Shown piece by piece: positions 35,964 through 45,134 of a DNA stretch of 64,000 bases. Location: NCBI GenBank assembly GCA_964472625.1, contig CAYYLM010000003.1, forward strand, positions 33,294-97,293, written 5' to 3'. Below the pieces are notes generated by a model, which saw only the letters and a list, made by a program, of their open reading frames with translations, was not told the DNA's origin and did no database searches. This DNA is from an uncultured Dehalococcoidales bacterium. Lineage in GTDB: Bacteria > Chloroflexota > Dehalococcoidia > Dehalococcoidales > UBA5760. The first letter of the stretch is position 1, and the number at the start of each line of letters is the position of its first letter. A program made the position numbers and the translations under genes.

Positions 35964-36876
35964 CCCTCTGTTTCAGGTATGCCAGCGGCAGTAGTGCCAC
36001 TAGCAGTGCTGCCATTAGCCCGAGTAGCCATGCCTCCCAGCCGGTAGGACTTACCCATGACACGGTAGGGTAGTAGTGATATTGCCCATAGCCATTGAGA
36101 CCCATAAAGATGCCCAGTGCCGCCGGAAGGAGGCAAAACACCAAGGTGGTAATGTCCGTCGGGCTGAAGCCTAGGTCGCGGTAAAAGGTGCGCTGCCGCC
36201 CACTACCGAAGGCTCGCGACTCCATGGCTTCGGCGACCTGAACGGCTCTATCCAGGGAATTAGATAGCAGGGCGGTCACGATAGCGGTGCGGCTCTTTAT
36301 TCTCTGGGGTAACCGGCCCCTGTCCAGCTCGAGACCCCTTGACCGCTGAACATCGGTAATGCGCGCTATATCATCAAGCAGGGTAGGGATAAACCTGGCA
36401 GAAAGCGAGGTAACCAGTACCGACTTATAGGGTAACCTGAGCTTTATCATCGCCAGCATCATGTCATCAGGGTTAACCGTGAAAGTGAGCAGGGCAAAGG
36501 CGGAGATTATCGAAAGTAGCCTGAGCGACATGACTGCCCCGTAGATGATAGCCTCCAGCGTTATTACCGGAACCCCCACCAGCGGCAGGTGAAACGGAGC
36601 CTCGAACAGAACATGAGTGCCGTGAGAGCTCACCAGGGTATTTATGAGGATGATTGCTGCCGAAAGATAGAGTGCCAGCCTCATAGCGGAAAGCCACTCC
36701 GACCACACCCGGGCTGCCTTTACCAGCGGCAGCGTTGACAGAAACACCACGAGCAGAAAGAGGGGACTGTCGAGCACCAGGGAAAGGATAAGGATGCTGG
36801 TAATCCAGCCCAGCTTGGAGAAGGGATTAAGCCGGTGGACTAGGGTACCTTTATCCTGATATCTAAAGCTCCTCAC
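35950..36876 (-). CDS. ECF transporter transmembrane (T) component, CbiQ/EcfT family
   Basis: Polytopic, with the conserved ARxxxxRG-type coupling motifs (SLSARFIP..., VQRSRGLELD) of EcfT. Confidence 0.8.
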   Translation of the reverse strand: MRSFRYQDKGTLVHRLNPFSKLGWITSILILSLVLDSPLFLLVVFLSTLPLVKAARVWSEWLSAMRLALYLSAAIILINTLVSSHGTHVLFEAPFHLPLVGVPVITLEAIIYGAVMSLRLLSIISAFALLTFTVNPDDMMLAMIKLRLPYKSVLVTSLSARFIPTLLDDIARITDVQRSRGLELDRGRLPQRIKSRTAIVTALLSNSLDRAVQVAEAMESRAFGSGRQRTFYRDLGFSPTDITTLVFCLLPAALGIFMGLNGYGQYHYYPTVSWVSPTGWEAWLLGLMAALLVALLPLAYLKQRVDLD

Positions 36877-37913
36877 TACTGGGGCAACCTCAGTGTCTCT
36901 CCTTCAGTAACCACCACGGCACAGGCATACTTATAATCGTCGGGGTGATTGATCAGGACATCCACGGCAGCTTTTACACCGGCTTCATCCAATCCAGAGA
37001 CCACCCAGACCACGTTCTCGCCGGCGCCAACGCCCTTCGGGTTCCAGATACTCTGGGTCGCCTGGATGAGGCCGGTACCGGCACCGTATCCATTAACCAG
37101 CTCACCAGCTGAGTCGAAGACCACAAGTGCCCCGTCTTCAAAGTGACCGAAAAAGCCGAGCCGGTTCCAGGGCTCGTTTAGCTCCTCGACTGGTGCAAAG
37201 TCACTGGTGCCCACCAAGACGAGGTTACTGGACTCCTTATCCCCGGCTGATAGCTCATCAAAACTCTGGCAGGTAACATCCGGGACACCCAGCCCCATTA
37301 GTCTATCAGCTATCTGTCTTGCCTCCTCTTCCCAGCCACTCTGATAGGCAACCACGGTAGGGTAAACCACTCCTCTGATGCCGTGAACAAACGGCTCCGG
37401 AAAGTCGCCGATTATGGCCGGAATAAACTGGCGGAAGCTCCAATCGTGATAGTCCCAGTGCTCACTATCTCCATCCCGAAGAATATAGCCCCCGGCGCCG
37501 GTGCTGAGCGAAATGCCGTTTATATAGAAAAGCCAGTCTTCCTTGGTCTTGTTGGACCCCTCGTATTTAGAGCTGATACCCTCTATTGAGCTCACAAAGC
37601 CGCCCCCGTATTTGGTCTCGACGCTGGCCACCATCTGCAGGCCGTCCAGAGCCGTAGTGTCCTCACCAATGGCTACACTCTTTTCCAAAATAGCCGGCTC
37701 ACTGAAACCTCGGGTAACTATGATGCTGACTGAGGAGCCTGAGCTAGCCAGACCGCTGTCTTCTTGGGGGGGGAGACTCTCAGCCGGGCTGGGGTTACCT
37801 TCGTGGGAAGCGACGTTACCCCCCAGTGCTCCCGACACGCCGTCGGCACAGCCACAGAGCAGGGCTGTGAGCAGGGCTATGATAGCCAGGCTGATAAACT
37901 GCCTAGGCCGCAC
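36876..37913 (-). CDS. DUF4430 (transcobalamin-like C-terminal domain) lipoprotein
   Basis: LLCGC lipobox. SVSIIVTRGF...TALDGLQ...KYGGGFVSSIEGI...EDWLFYINGISLSTGAGGYILRDGDSEHWDYHDW fits DUF4430. Confidence 0.65.
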   Translation of the reverse strand: MRPRQFISLAIIALLTALLCGCADGVSGALGGNVASHEGNPSPAESLPPQEDSGLASSGSSVSIIVTRGFSEPAILEKSVAIGEDTTALDGLQMVASVETKYGGGFVSSIEGISSKYEGSNKTKEDWLFYINGISLSTGAGGYILRDGDSEHWDYHDWSFRQFIPAIIGDFPEPFVHGIRGVVYPTVVAYQSGWEEEARQIADRLMGLGVPDVTCQSFDELSAGDKESSNLVLVGTSDFAPVEELNEPWNRLGFFGHFEDGALVVFDSAGELVNGYGAGTGLIQATQSIWNPKGVGAGENVVWVVSGLDEAGVKAAVDVLINHPDDYKYACAVVVTEGETLRLPQ

Positions 37914-38439
37914 GACGCTTCCTCCTCCTTCGGATAGTAAGGGGAATAGCGATTGCCAAAACTACCGCGATAATTAACCACATTATGGGAGACCCCGCCG
38001 CAAGTTCAGCTATCTTCCCGACCGGCGGTGCCAGGCCCACCAGAACACGGAGTGGTATTTTAACCCCACAGCCAACCTTCAGTTCTGATGCGGGCATTAG
38101 AGAGATGGCACATACCGTCGCCTCATAATCGCCGCGTGCCCCAAGCGGCGGCGTTACGGCTACTTCCACCACCTGACTATCGCCTGGCTCCAGAATAAAT
38201 TCCTCCGGGGAAACGCTGGACCATTCCTTAATTTCACCCTCGACATATACCTGGCATAACCCTTGTTCCCCAGAGGTATTGATGACCACTACCGATTGGG
38301 AGGCCTTCATCAGTGGGTAGGCCTCAAGCTCAAGCTGTCCGGGGGTTACCCCGATCCCCGAAGCCAGTACTCCACCGGGGAACAGTAATAGCCCCAGCAA
38401 CAAGGTAAGCGGTAGTAACACCCCTAATTTCCTAGTCAA
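37903..38439 (-). CDS. secreted Ig-like-fold protein with C-terminal TM anchor and polybasic tail
   Basis: Signal peptide, beta-rich middle, hydrophobic IMWLIIAVVLAIAIPL followed by RRRRKRRAA. Confidence 0.5.
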   Translation of the reverse strand: MTRKLGVLLPLTLLLGLLLFPGGVLASGIGVTPGQLELEAYPLMKASQSVVVINTSGEQGLCQVYVEGEIKEWSSVSPEEFILEPGDSQVVEVAVTPPLGARGDYEATVCAISLMPASELKVGCGVKIPLRVLVGLAPPVGKIAELAAGSPIMWLIIAVVLAIAIPLTIRRRRKRRAA

Positions 38440-38501
38440 CGAACCTGCTTCCTCTCTTAACTACAGGAGGTAGTTAGCCTCCAGTAGGCACATCTCTACC
38501 A

Positions 38502-40511
38502 TTATGGCGCTTCCGCTGCCCAGAAGATGACGGTGCCGCTTTGCTCACCCACCCCAGTATAGCTTTCCGGGACGGTAAGCGTGGCGGAGCACTCCGCATC
38601 ATTACCACGGCTAATTACTTCAGCGAACAGGTCCCACAGGTCGCCATTAAGTTCGAGACCCTCGAAATAGAGATCCCCAGCCTCTCCGGACATTTCACAG
38701 GTCACCTCGGCATCCCAGGCACCGACGTTGGTTATGGTTATCAGTTGAGGATCACTCGTGTCCCGGGGGCCCAGCTCACCGAAGTCTAGGCTGCTTGGCT
38801 CGACGGTAATGGCTATCGCCGGTATGATAGTGGCCGTCAAGCCTACTTCACCGGTAACTCCAGAACCGGTGCCGACGGTGACGGTAACCCGGTTACTGCG
38901 GATAAAGCCCTCCTTCTCCGCGTAGATCTCAAGGGTGGCATCCATATCTACGGTGATATCCACCGTACCTAGGGCCCCGGTAGTGTAGTTAGTGTTGGCA
39001 TGGACGGTTGCCCCTTCACAGGGCGACCAATCATTGGTACTATCGCTGTACTCACTTACGGTGACGGTAAATTGCTCGCCTACCGCAGGCTCGGTGTTGT
39101 CAACCTCAATCCTGAGCGGTAGAGCGCCCCAGTTATTATCGGTGATGTAATAGAAGAGGATCTCCTGGTGCGGCGGGTTAGGGGGTGTGGTCTCGCCAAG
39201 GATAAAACCTCCGGCGCCAACTAGGGCACTGAAATAGTCCACCCGGTAGAGCCAGGCGCTAGTCATCGAGCCTTCCTCCCCCCCGATTGAGGTTATATAT
39301 AGACTCTCAAACGCCTCCCCATACTCGTCAGTTGTTTCGTAGGCGAAACTACCAGCCTGAGATGCTTCGTCCAAGGCTCCGAGTACCGTCGGATTCTCAG
39401 AATAGTAGGGATTGTTGCTGTTGGTCGCCGTAACTATCGACTCCGTAACCGTAACACTGCCACTCCAGATGGTGCTGCTCTGCCCTTCGATTCTGACGTC
39501 AACGCTATACCCCTCTTCCCCAGTCGGCTCCAGGGCGACCACCGGATAGGAATCACCCAGCGAGGCAATTATGGCTTTGGCCGTTGTCTGGGACGGCCAG
39601 GCCCCCGGATAACCGTCCTGAAAGTAGAACTCACCACCCGCCTGCTGGTAAGTCAGGAGGTCATCAACCGGGGTATTATCCCCGGTGGAAGTCCAGCTGG
39701 CACCGTTGGGGTCTTGGCCGCAGGCCACTATGGCACTTATTGCCCAGGAATCAGTCTCGGCATTAGTCGAACCCCAGGACAAAAAACCGCCGTTAGCCTG
39801 TTGGGTTGATTTAATATAGGCTAGGGCACTAACTATCGGTGCGGAACCGGCTGTCTCCCCGGCGGAAATTAAGGCCATCACGGCCGCACCAGTCATGTCA
39901 ACATCACTGGCTAACCCCACCGAATAGGCCCAGCCACCGTCTCCGTTCTGGTTATCTATAATAAAATCTACCGCATCGGTGATAATCTGATAACTCTGAC
40001 TCCGTCCCGCAGCGATTAGCGCCATGACGCCAAAGATATCATCGTTGAGAGACGCTTCCTCACCAATCTGCTGGGTGATATCGTCATAGGTTCCTTCCAG
40101 CAGAGAAACAAAGTCACGGCCGCCGAAATTAGTGGGGTCCTCATCCGAAGCAACAATAGCTAATATCATCCGCGAGTAGTCAGTTGGCGAACTGGCGCTA
40201 CCGGCATTAGCAGCTAGGTAATCAACGATAGAGTTGTCGCCCACCTGCCAGTTGTGGGGGTCCTCATCGGCCGCGGCGATTGCCATCGTCACCCAGGCCG
40301 AATCAACGAAGCTACCGATTGAGCCATCGCTGCCCTGCTCACCACTGAGGTAGTCCAGAGCGTTTGCCACCTCGGGGTCGGTAGCCTGCATGGGGTAGGA
40401 GTCTGCTGCCATAACCGGGGCGATGAACAGTGATGCTGAAGTCGCGGCTAGGGCAATTATTGCGGTAACAATGTGAGCTATAGTCTTTTGCCTCTTCACA
40501 GTAAAACGCAC
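38502..40511 (-). CDS. secreted multidomain protein: prenyltransferase/squalene-oxidase-like alpha/alpha repeats + DUF4430 + Ig-like domains
   Basis: Signal peptide (VMA/AD). Repeats ALDYLSGEQGSDGSIG, DFIIDNQNGDGGWAYS, ALAYIKSTQQANGGFLSWG. Then a DUF4430-like block (VDVRIEG...TVLGALD...SAWLYRVD...GAGGFIL). The GTG start is uncertain by about 4 codons. Confidence 0.65.
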   Translation of the reverse strand: MRFTVKRQKTIAHIVTAIIALAATSASLFIAPVMAADSYPMQATDPEVANALDYLSGEQGSDGSIGSFVDSAWVTMAIAAADEDPHNWQVGDNSIVDYLAANAGSASSPTDYSRMILAIVASDEDPTNFGGRDFVSLLEGTYDDITQQIGEEASLNDDIFGVMALIAAGRSQSYQIITDAVDFIIDNQNGDGGWAYSVGLASDVDMTGAAVMALISAGETAGSAPIVSALAYIKSTQQANGGFLSWGSTNAETDSWAISAIVACGQDPNGASWTSTGDNTPVDDLLTYQQAGGEFYFQDGYPGAWPSQTTAKAIIASLGDSYPVVALEPTGEEGYSVDVRIEGQSSTIWSGSVTVTESIVTATNSNNPYYSENPTVLGALDEASQAGSFAYETTDEYGEAFESLYITSIGGEEGSMTSAWLYRVDYFSALVGAGGFILGETTPPNPPHQEILFYYITDNNWGALPLRIEVDNTEPAVGEQFTVTVSEYSDSTNDWSPCEGATVHANTNYTTGALGTVDITVDMDATLEIYAEKEGFIRSNRVTVTVGTGSGVTGEVGLTATIIPAIAITVEPSSLDFGELGPRDTSDPQLITITNVGAWDAEVTCEMSGEAGDLYFEGLELNGDLWDLFAEVISRGNDAECSATLTVPESYTGVGEQSGTVIFWAAEAP

Positions 40512-40553
40512 CCCCTATAATCAATTTTAGTAGTGAATAAACAACTATATTTG

Positions 40554-40582
40554 ATTATATCGGGGTAAAACAAGCATGTCAA
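40554..40582 (-). promoter_or_regulatory. perfect-consensus sigma70 promoter for the ECF/transcobalamin-like operon
   Basis: Minus strand: TTGACA (40582..40577), exactly 17 nt, TATAAT (40559..40554). The predicted leader to the first gene is only about 35 nt. Confidence 0.55.
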
Positions 40583-40658
40583 TACCGAACAGGGCTTGTG
40601 TCGCGAGAAGAAACTAAACTGCGAACTACAAGGACGGGCTAAAATAGCCTAATAGCTC

Positions 40659-41441
40659 TCATTTTCTGGCCCTATCAACTATCCGGTAGCCAATCTCCGC
40701 TTCTTCCAACCTTTTAATAAGACCGGAGATTTCATCTTCGCTACAGGCTACTACCGGCTGCAGGCCACAGTGGGCCGCCTCAATCGCAGCTTCCTGGACA
40801 CCATACCGATGGAAATTGACTTTTAGCCGCTTTAGGGTAACCAGTGCCTCAATTCCTAGGGCACCAATGAAGGGTTTACCCTTCACTTCCTGCCGCAATC
40901 TGGTAAGATCAACATTCCGGGAACCACCTTTAGTGACGCTGGGCACTCTGAAGATGGTCACCGTACCCAGTTTAAATTTTACTATCCCCTCTATGTTGGT
41001 TACCCCGACGTCCTCACCGGCGCCGGCGTCAGATGTGGTTATCCCCCTGGCGCCATTGGTAACCTTGGGAGTAGCATAAAGCAGGCCGCCTTTCATCTTT
41101 AGACCGACGGTCTCCCCTTTGGTCAGTTCGCATTCGGCGATAGCGGTACAGACCGAGATATTGGTGATAACCTTTTCCACAGAAGTCGTGTAGCGTCTCA
41201 ACTCCCTCAGCATCCTGACTATCCAGTTCACACCCTCGTCGGTTACCCTATAATTAGAACGGCCGTCGGCAGCCAAAAGTCTATCTTTTATCAGTTGGCT
41301 AACGTAATCCGAGATTGCCTGTGGGGTGATAGCTAGCCTTTTAGCAATTTCCTGCTGTTGGACACTAGGCCCACTATCAGCTATCGCCACCAGTATCTGC
41401 AACTTTGTCGCCAGGCTTTTATTACGCAGTATCTCGACCAT
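40659..41441 (-). CDS. winged-helix (MarR-like) DNA-binding protein with uncharacterised C-terminal domain
   Basis: N-terminal QQEIAKRLAITPQAISDYVSQLIKDRLL wHTH. No family is recognisable for the C-terminal ~170 aa. Confidence 0.6.
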   Translation of the reverse strand: MVEILRNKSLATKLQILVAIADSGPSVQQQEIAKRLAITPQAISDYVSQLIKDRLLAADGRSNYRVTDEGVNWIVRMLRELRRYTTSVEKVITNISVCTAIAECELTKGETVGLKMKGGLLYATPKVTNGARGITTSDAGAGEDVGVTNIEGIVKFKLGTVTIFRVPSVTKGGSRNVDLTRLRQEVKGKPFIGALGIEALVTLKRLKVNFHRYGVQEAAIEAAHCGLQPVVACSEDEISGLIKRLEEAEIGYRIVDRARK

Positions 41442-41750
41442 GACTCAATGAAGCACGACCAGAATGATTATAACTTAACCTATTATAGCAGTTTTCCTAC
41501 CGAATATTAACCGGGCTACCCGAACTATCTACAGGGATATCCTCAAATTAGGTTCTACATAGAGGCTACGGGTTTGCATCCACCCGAGTATGCTTGCCAA
41601 AGGAGTTAAGTAGAAAGAATTGTATTCACCTTCATCTACCGATGTCCCACCAATGCGATCGATTGTCATCTAGGCATTTGTGTATTCGGTGGCATTACAT
41701 AATTCGGTGAAGCTTGGCCTTGGCCACTTGCCGGGGGGAAATAAGCTGGG

Positions 41751-42245
41751 CTATGGTAAGAAGTCAAGTTCTTCCACACCGAACTGGGCGCAGACGATGT
41801 GGAATTCGCCGTCGATCTCTTGGAAGTATATGCGAACCCTCTTCCCTTCATGAAAGATAGGCTGGTCTTCGACTACTTGGGTGATATCGCCAACTGTGCC
41901 GCCCGGCGTGATGATTTGCAGCCTATCTTGAGCAAAGGGGGCGCCTTTCACATACTCCTCTATCGACAGATCAGTGTAGGTAAGAATGCTGGTCTTGTCT
42001 TCATTCCATTTGCTTTCAACCCCTCGCACGGTACCTTCAACGATGTAATCGGCAGTGCTGATAATGTATTGTCTATCCTGACATTCGGCGATGAGGGCAG
42101 AGGCGCCCCCCGTCTGTTTGACCACTACCGGGCCTGGGGATGGCGAGGGCTGGAGCTCCGGCACTGTCGGTGTGCATCCCGCTAGGACTATCAAGAGGCT
42201 GAGTGACGTGGTAACGAGTGCCGTCCCAAACGTGGCTATTTTCAT
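41751..42245 (-). CDS. hypothetical lipoprotein
   Basis: Signal peptide with LAGC lipobox and a Pro-rich linker; no recognisable family. Confidence 0.55.
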   Translation of the reverse strand: MKIATFGTALVTTSLSLLIVLAGCTPTVPELQPSPSPGPVVVKQTGGASALIAECQDRQYIISTADYIVEGTVRGVESKWNEDKTSILTYTDLSIEEYVKGAPFAQDRLQIITPGGTVGDITQVVEDQPIFHEGKRVRIYFQEIDGEFHIVCAQFGVEELDFLP

Positions 42246-42306
42246 AGCTTTGACCTCTCTATCGCGTTGTCTTCAGTGACTGAGCTGAGGTCTATGAGAG
42301 TTTGGT

Positions 42307-43593
42307 TCAAGTAGCCGGGTTCAAAACACGGCCTATGAATAGTATGCTGCCGGTTTCAATATCGCGAATCAGAAAGATGAAGGGGCGATTAGCAGTGAAT
42401 TCAACCGGTGTCCCGGGTAGTGCCGTTACCTTCATAATAACTGCCGTAGCCGCTGCTGCTTCCGTACCGGCTTCATCCACCGAAACAAATGCCTTATGAA
42501 CCACGGCTGATATGAACAGGTCGCGACCACCGGTCATGCCGGAAAAGTCCGCACCTTCAGTAAAAGCGATGGGCATACCCATTGCCATAAGGGCCTCCTT
42601 CAATTTGAAGGCTGAATCAAACTCGAATTTGGGCATGGCCAGGGCGACCTGTCTCTGATCCAGAGCATTTACAATAGCGTTTACTTGCTCGGCATTTAGC
42701 GATTCTTCAAACGCCTCAAACTGACCAGCTCGGGGCAGTAAAATTACCATCGAGAGTTCACCACCGTCATAAGGCAGCTCAACCGCCTGATAGTTGTCAT
42801 CTTCGGTGTAGTCAAATGATTCCGTTTGCCTCATCATCGGCACGGTCACCTCTCCGCCGTCGAGCCGGTAAAATTGGCTATCGCTGGTTATCGCCTCGTT
42901 GAAAGGATACTGCCAGGCTGCATTGAAGTAAATGGCGTTCGTAAGGACGAGCCTGGTGAGTATATCAATCAGGCCCTGCGGGATGAGGTCTTCAATTCGA
43001 CCTTCCGTCTGGTCACTGACCCAGTTGTTAATGATGAGCCGGGACTCTTCCGGCGCGCTGGCAAAGTCTAAGGGTCTGAGTCCGGCACCATAGTTCTCTG
43101 CCAATACGTCAAGGAAGGTGGGGAGAAAGTGATAACCCTTTTGGCCCCAGATGGCATTAACGATGTGCAATCGGAACCCCTCATCATCCTTACCTTCAGC
43201 GCCTTCGCCGCGCTTTCCGAGTTCTATATCGAGGCTATTGAATGCTGGATGCAGGCGATTTTGAGAGAGAGTGAAATGAAGGGCATCGGCCATCTGCTGT
43301 TCGGTCTCGCCTCGGGCACCAGCGTAGGTCATCGCTAGCGCTAGCGATATGCTATAGGGAGAGTAGAAGAGGTTACCATCTTCTTCCCTGAGTGCCTGAT
43401 ATAGATTGAACGCAAAAGCGCTATTCCCCTCAACCAGAGGTTTAAGGTCAGTTTCAGTCACTTCTGGTGAAGTCACGCGCGGCTTCTCCGATTGTACTAT
43501 CTCACCGGCTACCGCTTGGACACAGGACGTCAGGCACAGCGGTACTACTACCAGCATACACAGAAAAACCTTTTTCATTTTAGCTGCCTCCAA
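42307..43593 (-). CDS. serpin family serine protease inhibitor, secreted
   Basis: FYSPYSISLALAMTYAGARGET, hinge/RCL DEAGTEAAAATAVIMKVTALPG, then FTANRPFIFLIRD. N-terminal signal peptide (start possibly MKKVF at 43578). Confidence 0.8.
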   Translation of the reverse strand: MEAAKMKKVFLCMLVVVPLCLTSCVQAVAGEIVQSEKPRVTSPEVTETDLKPLVEGNSAFAFNLYQALREEDGNLFYSPYSISLALAMTYAGARGETEQQMADALHFTLSQNRLHPAFNSLDIELGKRGEGAEGKDDEGFRLHIVNAIWGQKGYHFLPTFLDVLAENYGAGLRPLDFASAPEESRLIINNWVSDQTEGRIEDLIPQGLIDILTRLVLTNAIYFNAAWQYPFNEAITSDSQFYRLDGGEVTVPMMRQTESFDYTEDDNYQAVELPYDGGELSMVILLPRAGQFEAFEESLNAEQVNAIVNALDQRQVALAMPKFEFDSAFKLKEALMAMGMPIAFTEGADFSGMTGGRDLFISAVVHKAFVSVDEAGTEAAAATAVIMKVTALPGTPVEFTANRPFIFLIRDIETGSILFIGRVLNPAT

Positions 43594-43875
43594 CTGATAT
43601 CTTAATAATACACCAAGCCGGTTTGCTAGTCACTATGTATAACGAAAGGAATTAATTTTGGTTAGGACTCTTGCCAAAAACGTTGAAATAGAGTAGGTAA
43701 TTATATATTCGACCAGTGTCAGCAGTGCGAGGACTCAGTTTTAAGGTCACAACGGCTTGTCATGTTAGATTTGGATTTGCACCTTATGACGTTCTGTTAC
43801 CTCGAGGATAAAAAGGTCCGTTGTTGAACGTCTTAGGCATCATGCACGAGGCTAGTTAATACCTTGGCTCAATGC

Positions 43876-43904
43876 TTGACTGGAAGTCCTAACTCGTTTA
43901 TCTT
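43876..43904 (+). promoter_or_regulatory. sigma70-like promoter candidate for the PD40 gene
   Basis: TTGACT, 17-nt spacer, TATCTT, 30 nt upstream of ATG 43934. Confidence 0.3.
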
Positions 43905-43933
43905 TTAGGCAAATGGACGCTACTCAGGGGTAA

Positions 43934-44977
43934 ATGATGGTCAAGCCGGGCAAGATATGCTTTATGGTGGTCGCAATTCTGGCTTTTGTTCTCATCCTCG
44001 TGGGCTGCCGCTCTAGCCCGTCGACCAAGATAACCTTTGTTACCGACCGTGATGGCGATGCAGAAATCTATGTGATGAATGCCGATGGCTCTAACCAGAC
44101 TAACCTCACCAATGCCCCGTCTTTGGATAGTATGCCGTCCTGGTCGCCGGACGGTACCAGGATAGCCTTTATGACCTACCGCGATGGCAATTTGGAAATC
44201 TATGTGATAGATGCCGACGGTTCCAACCAGACTAACCTCACTAATTACCCGGCGGCGCAAGATGACATGCCGTCCTGGTCACCGGACGGTACCAAGATAG
44301 CCTTTAGGACTAACCGTGATGGCAATGATGAAATCTATGTGATGGATGCCGACGGCTCCAACCAGACCAACATCACCAAGAACCCGGCTGGTGATGTTAA
44401 GCCATCCTGGTCACCGGACAGCACCAGAATAGCCTTTGAAACCCAACGCGGTGGCAATTGTGAAATCTATGTAGTGGATGCCGACGGTTCTAACCAGACC
44501 AATCTCACCAATAATCCAACCCTTGACACTTGGTTTATCAGTTGGTTGCTACCCTGGTCGCCGGACGGTACCAAGATAGCCTTTAATACCAACCGTGATG
44601 GCAATTTGGAAATCTATGTGATGAATACCGACGGTTCTAACCAGACCAACCTCACCAATAACCCGGCTAATGATCAGTCTCCGTCTTGGTCACCGGACGG
44701 TACCAGAATAGCCTTTGAGTCCTACCGTGATGGCAATTCTGAAATCTACGTGATGGATGCTAATGGTTCTAATCAGACCAGACTTACCAATAACCAATTT
44801 ATGGATAGTATGCCATTCTGGTCACCGGACGGTACCAAAATAGCCTTTAGTACCAATCATGATGGCAATTCTGAAATCTACGTGATGGATGCCGATGGCT
44901 CCAACCAGACTAAGCTCACTGAGAACAATGCTACCGATATTAACGAAGCCTGGTCACCTAATCTGCATATACCATAA
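43934..44977 (+). CDS. TolB-like PD40/WD40-like beta-propeller repeat lipoprotein
   Basis: Seven units of [33 protein letters not shown]. Signal peptide with LVGC lipobox. Confidence 0.8.
   Translation: MMVKPGKICFMVVAILAFVLILVGCRSSPSTKITFVTDRDGDAEIYVMNADGSNQTNLTNAPSLDSMPSWSPDGTRIAFMTYRDGNLEIYVIDADGSNQTNLTNYPAAQDDMPSWSPDGTKIAFRTNRDGNDEIYVMDADGSNQTNITKNPAGDVKPSWSPDSTRIAFETQRGGNCEIYVVDADGSNQTNLTNNPTLDTWFISWLLPWSPDGTKIAFNTNRDGNLEIYVMNTDGSNQTNLTNNPANDQSPSWSPDGTRIAFESYRDGNSEIYVMDANGSNQTRLTNNQFMDSMPFWSPDGTKIAFSTNHDGNSEIYVMDADGSNQTKLTENNATDINEAWSPNLHIP
44021..44963 (+). repeat. seven in-frame tandem PD40 repeat units with long near-identical DNA stretches (approximate limits)
   Basis: Strings such as GATGCCGACGGTTCTAACCAGACCAA and TGGTCACCGGACGGTACCA recur about every 135 nt. 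Confidence 0.6.
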
Positions 44978-45134
44978 ATCTGTTCGCTCCTTAAAGGCAT
45001 TATCCTTACCGATCCCGGCTGGACAGGGTGGGCGATAAAGCCTATAATCTCAGATAGTCATGGATTTCTTATCTGAGCTTTTTCTCTCAGAGTAACATGA
45101 TTTTGGGAAATAGAGATAACCGAGGGGTAATAAT

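Noticed and set aside
40512-40658. Cobalamin riboswitch upstream of the ECF/DUF4430 operon
   Set aside because: I saw no B12-box-like sequence, and the consensus promoter leaves only a ~35-nt leader, too short for a riboswitch.
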